DNA of 64,000 nucleotides from an uncultured Verrucomicrobiae bacterium (lineage in GTDB: Bacteria; Verrucomicrobiota; Verrucomicrobiia; Limisphaerales; Palsa-1400): contig CAVXRD010000002.1 in the NCBI GenBank assembly GCA_963764165.1, positions 1,952,001 to 2,016,000 of the forward strand, read 5' to 3'. The notes beneath the pieces are model-generated. The model saw only the letters and a list, made by a program, of their open reading frames with translations, was not told the DNA's origin and made no database searches. The translations under genes were made by a program, and so were the position numbers. Shown piece by piece: positions 20,266 through 30,563 of this stretch (its first letter is position 1; every line of letters begins with the position of its first letter).

Positions 20266-20652
20266 ATGAAAACAAAACAAAATCCAAAATCAGTTTCAGA
20301 GCTCCAGAACCGGACCGCACAGGGCAGTGAAGGCAAAGCGGAATTGCCGAAGATCGATTTGAACAAGCGCAACCGCAACCGGGTTTTGCCGATGGAATCC
20401 TTGCTTGAGTTGATTCGGAAGGAAGGACCCGCGTTTTGGGATGCCGTGGAAGTCGTCGGCAAATGGGTTTGGTTGCAGTTGGACGGCAAGCAGCCGAAGG
20501 AGATTACCGCCGTAATTTCGCAACTTGGCTTTCATTGGAACAACCGCCGCCAAGTCTGGCAGCACCCATGCGGACAGGTGACTGTCAGGGCCGACTTTGA
20601 CCCCCGCCGCAAATACCGCTCCTACTTCCCATCAGACCAGAAACCGGCCTAA
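20266..20652 (+). CDS. Hypothetical mobile-element protein
   Basis: EVVGKWVW...LGFHWNNRRQVW motif; TAATG coupling to the JAB gene. Confidence 0.65.
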   Translation: MKTKQNPKSVSELQNRTAQGSEGKAELPKIDLNKRNRNRVLPMESLLELIRKEGPAFWDAVEVVGKWVWLQLDGKQPKEITAVISQLGFHWNNRRQVWQHPCGQVTVRADFDPRRKYRSYFPSDQKPA

Positions 20653-21179
20653 TGGAGATTTTACCCATGAACGAACAAATACCATTGTTTCCGGGTTTCG
20701 ACATCGTGAAACCGTTCAAGTTTCCGGCGCAGCCTTATGAATACAAGGTGACCGCCTTGCGGGAGTGTCCGACACCGGAACACATGCAGGAATGCGACAC
20801 ACCGGGCAAGGTTGCGGATTACTGGCGCAGGCACGTTCCCGCCCATCCGTATTTTAGCCCGGAATGCGAATGTTTCGTTGTCCTGATTCTCAACACCCGC
20901 CGCAGGGTGAAAGGTCATTACTTGGTCAGTGTCGGCACGATGGACTGTATTCTTGTCCACCCTCGGGAGGTTTTCAGGCTCGCGATTATGACCGCCGCAT
21001 CGGGCATCGTGTTGACCCACAACCACCCCAGCGGGGAGGCGTCCCCATCCGAAGCTGACATTAAGGTGACGCGTGACCTGATACGCGCCGGGCAACTTCT
21101 GAAAATCGAAGTCATTGACCACGTTGTGATCGGCAACCCCGGCCATGTTTCGCTCCATGAGCTTGGATACTTGTCTTGA
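20652..21179 (+). CDS. RadC-like JAB/MPN domain protein
   Basis: VHPREVF, HNHPSG...PSEADI and IDHVVIG. Confidence 0.92.
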   Translation: MEILPMNEQIPLFPGFDIVKPFKFPAQPYEYKVTALRECPTPEHMQECDTPGKVADYWRRHVPAHPYFSPECECFVVLILNTRRRVKGHYLVSVGTMDCILVHPREVFRLAIMTAASGIVLTHNHPSGEASPSEADIKVTRDLIRAGQLLKIEVIDHVVIGNPGHVSLHELGYLS

Positions 21180-21183
21180 ACCC

Positions 21184-21377
21184 ATGAAACGCAACAAACG
21201 CCGCTTGCCTATCCCGCAGCACGAATTTGGTTTGTGCCCGACACGTTCACCCTGATTCAGGAAACCGGACTGGACGGAGATCGTTTGGCCCACGAACGCG
21301 CCGAGGCAGACCGCGCCCGGACTTTGGCCGAGAAAGCGCAAGCGGCTTTGTTCAACCCACCACCACGCAAAAACTGA
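21184..21377 (+). pseudogene. Small hypothetical gene with a 1-bp frameshift
   Basis: MKRNKRRLPIPQHEFG continues as VPDTFTLIQETGLDGDRLAHERAEA...KN* if one T is added to the run at 21231-21233; this fills the gap between the flanking genes. Confidence 0.5.
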
Positions 21378-21378
21378 T

Positions 21379-21780
21379 ATGAACACCGACGAAAACGAAT
21401 CGCCCTTTGGGCCAATTATTTACAGCTACACACGCGCCCAAGCCCTTGCCGATGGCGTGCAGGTTGACGTAACCACCACAGCGCAGGAAGCCGGAATTCG
21501 TTTTCCTGTATTCCTGACCCGCACTGTCTTTGACGCATACGTGACCGTTCCGCCCGGCATAGACGGGCAGGATGAAGCCGGGAGACTTTGGGACGTGCTT
21601 ACCCTCTTACGGCACGCCATCCGCGCCGCACGGCCCGGCCAAGACCGCTTGCCGTTTGCGCTCTACGTGCGCAACGACAACCGCCGCGCAAAACTCGTGA
21701 AGTTGATCGCCGCTTGCGGCGCAAAAGACATCGACGATCCGCAGCCGGCCATTACGGTAATGATGCGGGGGGAGGATTGA
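21379..21780 (+). CDS. DUF6573-like mobile-element protein
   Basis: IYSYTRAQALADGVQVDV...QDEAGRLWDVL...PAITVM. Confidence 0.75.
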   Translation: MNTDENESPFGPIIYSYTRAQALADGVQVDVTTTAQEAGIRFPVFLTRTVFDAYVTVPPGIDGQDEAGRLWDVLTLLRHAIRAARPGQDRLPFALYVRNDNRRAKLVKLIAACGAKDIDDPQPAITVMMRGED

Positions 21781-22174
21781 TCCACCCGAAAACACACGCC
21801 CGGCTAGACTGAAAACAGTTCAGCCGGTTTTTAAGTTTGGGGACTCGCGCCGTCCCCAAACCCCCACCGCCAGAGGCATGGCCTCTGGACTCCATCACTC
21901 GCTTGCGCTGGCTTTTCCGCTTTCGCGCCCTTTCCGACATCGCGGAAAGGATATTGTTTGAAATCACCGGCACCGCTGAAATTCTGGCGGGTCAAACGAG
22001 CGTGCCACTGTCAGTAAAACCTCCAGTGAAAGCACCTGAAAGTTAGCAAAAATAGTGGCGAGTTAGGGCGAATTTTCATTGATTTTCAGAGGGAAAAGCT
22101 GTATTTTCCTCGTGTCTGAATTCGATAGACAGACTGTGTCAATCTGTGGCCAGAATCAGATGCGGCCCTGGCAA

Positions 22175-24235
22175 TCAGCGGGCTCTGGCCTTGGCGCCTT
22201 GTTTCCTGCCGCGCGATTTTTTGTAATTGACGCTGCTGCCGGCGGCTGGCGCGGTGCCGCTTTCGACTCCCGCGCCAAAGCTGCGTTTCAATTCGCGGAT
22301 TTGGTCGCGCAGCAGCGCGGCTTTCTCAAATTGCAAATTATTGGACGCTTCAATCATTTCCTCCTGCAATCCGCGCAACGTCTCTGTCAAATCGAAATCG
22401 CCGCCGGCCTCGCGCAGCACCATGTCCGCCCGCTGGCGCTGATTCTGGTAGACGGCCAGGCTTTCCTCCACCGCGCGGACGACGCTCCGGGGCGTGATGT
22501 TGTGCTGCGTGTTGTAGGCGATCTGCCGCTCACGGCGATAGGCCGAAACCGCGAGAAATTGCTCAATGCTGTGCGTGCGGACATCGGCGTATAAAATCAC
22601 CTCGCCGTTGAGGTGGCGCGCGGCGCGGCCGGCGGTTTGGATCAGGCTGGTCGCGCTGCGGAGAAAACCTTCCTTGTCGGCGTCAAGTATAGCGACCAAA
22701 GAGACTTCGGGCAGGTCGAGGCCCTCGCGCAGAAGATTGATGCCGACCAGCACGTCGAATTCCCCTTTGCGCAGCGCGCGCAGGACTTCCACGCGCTCAA
22801 CGGCGTCAATTTCGCTGTGCAGATAGCGGACGAGAATGCCGAGTTCGCGCAAATAATCCGTCAATTCCTCGGCGGATTTTTTGGTCAGCGTCGTCACCAG
22901 TGTGCGTTCCTTGCTGGTGGCGCGTTTGCGGACTTCCTCCAGCAAATCATCAATCTGCCCCTTTAACGGCTTGAGCGTAATCTTGGGATCAATCAGGCCG
23001 GTGGGGCGGACGATTTGCTCAACCACCCAGCCTTGCGACCATTCCAGTTCCTGCGCCTGCGGGGTCGCGCTGATGTAAATGGTCTGCTTCTGGAACGCTT
23101 GAAATTCCTTGAAATCCAAGGGCCGGTTATCCAGCGCGCTCGGCAATCGAAAACCGTGCTCTACCAGCACCGTTTTGCGCGAGCGATCACCCGCATACAT
23201 GCCGCCGATTTGCGGAATGGTCGTATGCGATTCGTCGACGACGAGCATGTAATCGCCCGGGAAAAAATCCAGCAGCGTGCCCGGGCGCGACCCGGCGGGG
23301 CGACCCGCGAGATGGCGCGAATAATTTTCGATGCCGGAGCAAAATCCCATTTCCTCCATCATTTCCAAATCGTACTCCGTGCGCATCTTGATGCGCTGCG
23401 CCTCGATCAGTTTGCCTTCCTTTTCGAACCACGCTATCCGGTGGCCGAGTTCCTCGCGGATATTCAGGATGGCGCTCTTGATCTTGTCCTGCGGCGTGAC
23501 GAATTGCTTGGCGGGAAAAATCACGATGGATTGCGGGCTTTCCGTTTTCTCGCCCGTCAGCGGCTCGAAGCGGGAAAGGCGCTCGATTTCATCGCCGAAA
23601 AATTCGATGCGCAAGCCGTCCTCGCTCCACGAGGGGCGCAATTCCACCACATCGCCGCGGACGCGGAATTGGCCGCGCTCGAACGCGACGTCGTTGCGCG
23701 CATATTGCAAATCGACAAAGCGGCAGAGCAATTGGTCGCGCGAAATCTGCTGGCCGACGAACACCTGCTGCACCAGCGCCTCGTAATTCTCGCGGCTGCC
23801 GATGCCGTAAATGCACGACACACTGGCCACCACGATCGTGTCGCGCCGCGTGAGCAGCGAACTCATGGTCGAGAGCCGCAGCCGCTCGATTTCCTCGTTA
23901 ATGCTCGAGTCCTTTTCGATGAACGTGTCAGTGCGCGGAATGTAGGCTTCCGGCTGGTAGTAATCGAAATAGCTGACGAAATATTCGACGGCGTTCTTGG
24001 GGAAAAACGATTTGAATTCCGCGTAAAGCTGCGCCGCCAGCGTTTTGTTGTGCGAGATGACGAGAGTTGGGCGGTTGACGTTCTGGATGACGTTCGCGAC
24101 AGTGAAGGTCTTGCCCGATCCGGTGACGCCGACGAGCGTTTGATGCTTCGCGCCCGCCAGCACGCCTTCAGTGAGTTTGGCGATGGCTTTAGGCTGGTCG
24201 CCGGCGGGCTGGTAGGGAGCGGACAATTCAAACAT
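22175..24235 (-). CDS. uvrB: Excinuclease ABC subunit B
   Basis: GVTGSGKT, FVSYFDYYQPEAY, DESH, GINLLREGLD and QTAGRAAR. Confidence 0.99.
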   Translation of the reverse strand: MFELSAPYQPAGDQPKAIAKLTEGVLAGAKHQTLVGVTGSGKTFTVANVIQNVNRPTLVISHNKTLAAQLYAEFKSFFPKNAVEYFVSYFDYYQPEAYIPRTDTFIEKDSSINEEIERLRLSTMSSLLTRRDTIVVASVSCIYGIGSRENYEALVQQVFVGQQISRDQLLCRFVDLQYARNDVAFERGQFRVRGDVVELRPSWSEDGLRIEFFGDEIERLSRFEPLTGEKTESPQSIVIFPAKQFVTPQDKIKSAILNIREELGHRIAWFEKEGKLIEAQRIKMRTEYDLEMMEEMGFCSGIENYSRHLAGRPAGSRPGTLLDFFPGDYMLVVDESHTTIPQIGGMYAGDRSRKTVLVEHGFRLPSALDNRPLDFKEFQAFQKQTIYISATPQAQELEWSQGWVVEQIVRPTGLIDPKITLKPLKGQIDDLLEEVRKRATSKERTLVTTLTKKSAEELTDYLRELGILVRYLHSEIDAVERVEVLRALRKGEFDVLVGINLLREGLDLPEVSLVAILDADKEGFLRSATSLIQTAGRAARHLNGEVILYADVRTHSIEQFLAVSAYRRERQIAYNTQHNITPRSVVRAVEESLAVYQNQRQRADMVLREAGGDFDLTETLRGLQEEMIEASNNLQFEKAALLRDQIRELKRSFGAGVESGTAPAAGSSVNYKKSRGRKQGAKARAR

Positions 24236-24380
24236 AGCCCAGCAACGTAAGAACTGCGCGTGAATGTGTCAAACCCGAGCGCAGCAAGCATTCCTCGAAA
24301 TTTGGATCGAGCGCCTCACGGCTGTTCCGCGGCAGGTGTGATTTGATGTGGGTGGGGCGCAAGTGATTTTGAATTGAGCG

Positions 24381-24558
24381 GATCGCGGCTGTGTCGAAGA
24401 CCGGCCGCAGCCGTTTCGATACAACTAGCGCGCTGGAGAGATTTCCAAGCTTCGCCAGTCGCGGTTCCGAAGGCTTGATATGTTTTTCGGTGATGGCCAC
24501 AACAAGATTCGTTTCCGGTTGTTCGAGTGTTGCGGCGGCTGGTCTTCGATACGGCAGC
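24381..24558. repeat. REP-like inverted repeat pair (GCGGCTGTGTCGAAGACC family)
   Basis: gcggctgtgtcgaagaccggccgcagc at ~24385-24411 and inverted gcggctggtcttcgatacggc at ~24535-24555. Confidence 0.6.
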
Positions 24559-24811
24559 CTAAAGAGCTGCATCCCTCACCCATTTCTAATCATACCCTTC
24601 CGTGGCTGTTTGCCTCCTTTGGGCTTGACCCGGCCAGGGTAAATGCCCGATTCTATATGCGGAAACAGATTTGGCATCTTGTTGGCTTCCGGGTCTGCGT
24701 TCCTGGCGATTTGCTCATAGTGGTCCAAATCCTGCCGGACGCGATTTCGCGGTCAACACGCAGTTCAACAGGGCCAGTGGCGAGCTGCGCAGTCGTGGAT
24801 GCAGAGCTGTT

Positions 24812-26168
<1,357 letters not shown>

Positions 26169-26172
<4 letters not shown>

Positions 26173-26360
26173 GTTAATCCTCCTTCAATTAAACTTTGCA
26201 CGTCGCTCAACCGAAACCGGACGCTGCCGAGGACCTTGACCTGAGCCAACCGCCCGACAGCTACCAATCTCTCCACTGTCCGTTCCGAACATGCCAATAG
26301 TTGCGCGACCTCTTTTTTGCGCAGCAATTTGTCTTTCGCTATTTCAATCACTTCTCGCAT
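26169..26360 (-). CDS. Excisionase-like HTH protein
   Basis: LLRKKEVAQLLACSERTVERLV...SVRFRLSDV; ATGA overlap with the integrase. Confidence 0.85.
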
Positions 26361-26361
26361 T

Positions 26362-26727
26362 TCAAATCTCCTTTAACAGCCGTTCGGCAGTGTGTTCCCG
26401 GTCTTCCGCTTCGGCCTGATCCGGTGACAGATGTTTGGTGTAAACGCGATAGACCGCGCTATGGTCTGCGTCAATGTTGCGCTCTCCGAGCCAGTCCGAA
26501 ATCTGGCGGTAGGTAAAGCCCTTTTCTCGCAGCTTGGCAATGACCTGCCAGTACTTGTCCAGATCAAGCTGATTGGATTCCTGTTCGGCTTCCTCTAGCA
26601 AGTCATCCGGGAAGGGCGGGGGTGCGAGTTTTTTGGCCGGTTCATCGGCGGTGGCTCCTGGCCGAGCGGTTGACGATGGCGGTTTCTCCGGGCCAGCGGA
26701 GTGCCGTTTTGCCGCTTTATTTTTCAT
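26362..26727 (-). CDS. Hypothetical HTH-like protein
   Basis: LREKGFTYRQISDWL...HSAVYRVY; co-oriented with xis-int. Confidence 0.65.
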   Translation of the reverse strand: MKNKAAKRHSAGPEKPPSSTARPGATADEPAKKLAPPPFPDDLLEEAEQESNQLDLDKYWQVIAKLREKGFTYRQISDWLGERNIDADHSAVYRVYTKHLSPDQAEAEDREHTAERLLKEI

Positions 26728-27292
26728 GCGCTCACACTAAACGAACAAAACGAACGGTGCAAGCCAAAATTTTCACTTTTCACCAAATTTAGTCAAGAAG
26801 AATTATCGCGCCGCGCTCGTATCTTGAATTTGAACCGACACTGCGCCCACCGCCACCGAGCAACTGCCGACTTCGAGTGACAAAATGAAACTTAAAGGCT
26901 GCAGCACCCCTTTTTTAACGATAAAACCGAGATTTCAGGCCACTTTTTCCTTGCCAATCGGCAGATTGTGCCAAAGAGTCGCAACAGTTCTTTACATAGG
27001 CCAAGGTCATTTGAATCCTTGGTTATGAGTCTTTGCGTTGCGAGGACTCGAACTTCATTCCGAACACGACCAAATTCGATCTCACGAAGTTTGCCTTGAC
27101 GCGCGCCTAATCGCGCGTCCTGGTGTGCTTTCGTGAGAAGGCCGCTTGGTCGTGGCCTGGAATGAGGGTGCGCTAGGCGCGCCTATTCTTTTTCCAAGGA
27201 TTCTTCGAGTTTCCCGCCATCATTTTCACAGTTGACCGAATTATTGACACGATGTATAAGTGTTCCTGAGGAAGGTTTTAAGTTTTGCTGCA

Positions 27293-28135
27293 ATGAGTCC
27301 GAAAAAGGCATATTGGGCTTTTACGCTCATCGAGTTGCTGGTGGTCATTGCCATCATCGCGATACTCGCTGCGCTTCTGCTTCCCGCCTTATCCGCAGCC
27401 AAACATCACGCCCTAGACATCAAATGTGTCAGTAATCTCAAACAAATCACCGGCGGCGGGCTGATGTACATGGATGATTCGGGGCAAACTATTTTGTTTT
27501 GCGACACAAACCTCACGGGTTCTTGGGCCAGGCAATTGACCCCCTATGGTATGACAAGCAATCTGTTGCTTTGCCCAGCTACGAAGGCGCAAGGCCCTCC
27601 AATCTTGGACGGCGGATTGACTGGAACGGCGAGTCTCGCTTGGAACAATTGCCCTCCAGACTTCCCAAACTCGATTAACGGCAGCTATGGGATAAACGGC
27701 TGGCTTTTCTCCTACGACCCAAGCATCACGAGCGATATTACGACCTGGATTGGCCCACCGGTGCCTCCTGTTGCAAACAATCCAAATTACATCTTTGACA
27801 AACCAACATCGGTTCAACGGCCTTCGAGTACTCCGTTTTTCAGCGATGCTACCTGTTGGAACGAATGGCCCTTGGAAGTAGACGCGCCGGCCACCGATCT
27901 TTCAATAGGGGACGCATTTAACGTGTGGGGCATGGGCCGTTCAACCATTTGGCGGCACGGCGGCAAAACCGCCACCTCTAAAACACCCGTTCAACACATA
28001 AATCTCGCTCCCTATTATATTTTTCCAAATTCTGCCGCTATAAATATCGGATTCGTGGATGGGCACTCTCAGCAAGTGAAGGTTAAAGACCTTTGGAACC
28101 AGTATTGGCACTATAATTGGACGCCTCCGCCGTGA
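27293..28135 (+). CDS. Prepilin-type N-terminal cleavage/methylation protein with H-X9-DG-like C-terminus
   Basis: [33 protein letters not shown] and RHG...INIGFVDGH. Confidence 0.92.
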   Translation: MSPKKAYWAFTLIELLVVIAIIAILAALLLPALSAAKHHALDIKCVSNLKQITGGGLMYMDDSGQTILFCDTNLTGSWARQLTPYGMTSNLLLCPATKAQGPPILDGGLTGTASLAWNNCPPDFPNSINGSYGINGWLFSYDPSITSDITTWIGPPVPPVANNPNYIFDKPTSVQRPSSTPFFSDATCWNEWPLEVDAPATDLSIGDAFNVWGMGRSTIWRHGGKTATSKTPVQHINLAPYYIFPNSAAINIGFVDGHSQQVKVKDLWNQYWHYNWTPPP

Positions 28136-28244
28136 TTTTCGATTTCTTCCAACAACACCACAACAAACCAAATTCCTCTCGACCAGAAGTGTCGAAGGGC
28201 GAGCGCACATTGCTGCTCGTAAACCCGTCAGAAAGGCCCCCAAC

Positions 28245-29784
28245 ATGAAAAGCTCTCTCAGAATATCTGCGTTATTAGCTGTTATCTTGACTGTCTTCGT
28301 CGTCACCCTGCCATCGGAATGCTGGGCGCAGGGCGAACCGGAGGCGCCCAATTTGGTGCAAGTGACAGTCATGCCCACCAATGGCTTGTTTTGGAGCATG
28401 CAGATTACGAATCTTTTTCCTTTTCCGGCAGACCCGTACCCTTCACTTTCGCTCTACACGGACGGAAACGGCAATTATTACTACGACGACACGAGTGTCG
28501 ATTATTCCATTGGCGCCGATGTGAAGGGAAATCGGAATAAAACGGGGCGCTCCGGGGGAAATGGCCCAAAAGCCCAAGATGAACCGCCATTGCCCGGGGG
28601 AACCAACTATGGGACGAACGGCGGAACGGGTTATCCCATCGCCGCACTTGTCATCCCGACAAACTACGTGCCCTGTGAAAGCTTTACGAACTTTGCATTG
28701 GATATTTTTGCCAACTCCGGTGACGTCGATATTTACATTACAAACTCTCTGGCCTCGATGTCGTATAATCTGGTGATAACGACGAACTTGGCGCAGCCAA
28801 ATTGGACGGTCATTCGGACAGTGACGGCCAGCAATTACCTTACTTTTGCCACAAATATGGCAATTGGAACAAACGCGTGCCTTTTCTTTGGGGCAACGCT
28901 GACTACCAATGATTTGCCTCCGGTAATCACCGTTCCCCCGACCAATCGCATTGTTGGGACCGGTTCCTCTGCCACCTTTACGGTTTCCGCCTTCGGCCTG
29001 GAGCCATTAAGCTATCAATGGCAGTTGAACGGCACCAACTTGCCCGGCGCGACCGCAACGAATTTGACAATCAGCAGCGCGCAAGCAACCAATGTCGGCA
29101 TCTATACCGTCGTTGTGTCAAACGTGATCTGCTGGGCCGATGCCTCGGCCAATCTTGGCTTGATTTGGTCGAACTATATCGGCGCGGGTTACGGCATCGA
29201 CGCTTCGCCTGCCATTGGCAGCAATGGCGTGGTTTATATCGCCACCACAGGCAACCAAATTTATGCGTTGGACGGAGCTACCGGCAACGGCAAATGGACA
29301 AACACAATTTCGACTGGCGGAGAGATTACTTCTTCCGCGGCTCTCAGTGCTGACAACACGAGCGTAATCGTTGGCTCGCAAAACGGTTATCTTTATGCAT
29401 TTTATGCTTCCAATGGCGCGCCCCGGTGGAGCAACAACCTCGGGGGAGCCATTTATTCATCTCCTGCAATTAGCCATTCAAACGGTGCAATCTACATTGC
29501 CACCTCGGGCACGACCAACGGTCTCTTTGCTGTCAACCCAACCACCGGGGCCATAGAATGGTTACTTTCCCACCGATGACGTTAACAGCCAAAATAGCGG
29601 CATTGATTCCTCTCCCGCCATCGGTACTGATAACACCATCTATTTTGTCAGCAGCGGAGGGGGACTCTATGCTATAAATCCAAATGGCACGTTAAAATGG
29701 TTTTTCCCGTTGCCTGCCGGGTCAAGTCCCGATAGCTCGCCGGCGATTGGATCGAATGAAATTTACGTGGGTTCGGCAATCTGA
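28245..29784 (+). pseudogene. Secreted Ig plus PQQ-like beta-propeller protein, frameshifted and 3'-truncated
   Basis: Signal peptide, Ig domain (LSYQWQLNG) and SSPAI repeats. After an extra T at 29562-29563 the repeats continue (IDSSPAIGTD...DSSPAIGSN) to TGA at 29784. Confidence 0.7.
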
Positions 29785-30359
29785 GTTCGCGGCTCTCGTT
29801 TTCCGGCAATCTCAACAGCGCCAATGATCCGTATTACGGGATGTGGCTCAACTACACCGGCAGCGGAATCTCGTTCCTTTTGGAAGGCTCCAAGTTCTAT
29901 GCCGCGCCCAGCACGAATTCGCCCTACACTCTCCAACTTTCCGTCGATGGCGCAGGCAACGGCACAGCGTTGCTGGCGGACACGAATGGAAACATCCTGT
30001 CGTTGGAAACAGAGCTATCCGTGGGCCTCGATCCTCTCTGCGTGGTGCTGGCGCAGCGTGAAGGCCAGCCCAATCCAAACGCCGTCGGAACAAATGTCTC
30101 CATCTGGAATTGCGCGACGGTAGTCAGCGGCGCCATTCCTCCCGTCCAAATTGCCCCGGGCTATCCGCAGAGCGTGACGCCGTCCGGCTTCAAGATGATG
30201 CTGCAGGGGCCAATTGGCTCCAATTACGTCATTGAGACATCGACTGATCTTCAGTCGTGGTCGACGCTGACCAACATCGTTAGCACGAATACGCCGTTCT
30301 TTTTCAATGACGCGACGCGCGGCGCAGCGCGATACTACCGGGCAGGATTGCAACGGTGA
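29772..30359 (+). pseudogene. 3' fragment of another secreted protein with the verrucomicrobial C-terminal domain
   Basis: Open frame from ~29772 without a signal peptide; ends GSNYVIETSTDLQSW...ARYYRA. Confidence 0.6.
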
Positions 30360-30450
30360 TAGACTGGCCGAGAGGCGGCAATCGTCACTTGCGTCTCACC
30401 CAGCTTCAGCGACACCACGTGCCGGGGTTCGAATCTCCCCCTCCCCGCCA
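30358..30450 (+). pseudogene. Degenerate tRNA-like sequence / attR of island 2
   Basis: TGGCCGAGAGG D-arm-like motif and GGGGTTCGAATC...CCGCCA end at tRNA-Ser spacing; no intact acceptor or anticodon stem. Confidence 0.55.
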
Positions 30451-30563
30451 ATTTTTCCCGCCCACCGCCGCTTGCTCCATCGTCAATGGCTCTCAAATAT
30501 AATTCGCAGGCCACAATTTTTTTCAAAGGTTTCCGGGCACCCGGCAGTCAAACGGGCTGTAGC

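Larger units (their letters stand above)
5131..22148. mobile_element. Integrative genomic island 1 (~17 kb), tyrosine-integrase type, decayed
   Basis: Bounded by CTGTGTC(C/A)ATCTGTG direct repeats (5131-5145, 22134-22148). ACTGTCAG motifs lie just inside both ends. Integrase at the left end, RadC/DUF6573-like genes at the right end, AT-richer cargo, flanked by core purS and uvrB. Confidence 0.85.

Noticed and set aside
23015..24250. Long antisense ORFs (also 30672-31910, 34548-36083, 48830-50485, 61572-62717)
   Set aside because: Expected shadows of high-GC genes on the opposite strand.
24228..24642. ORFs between uvrB and the tRNA
   Set aside because: Overlap a REP-like doublet and show no recognisable protein features.
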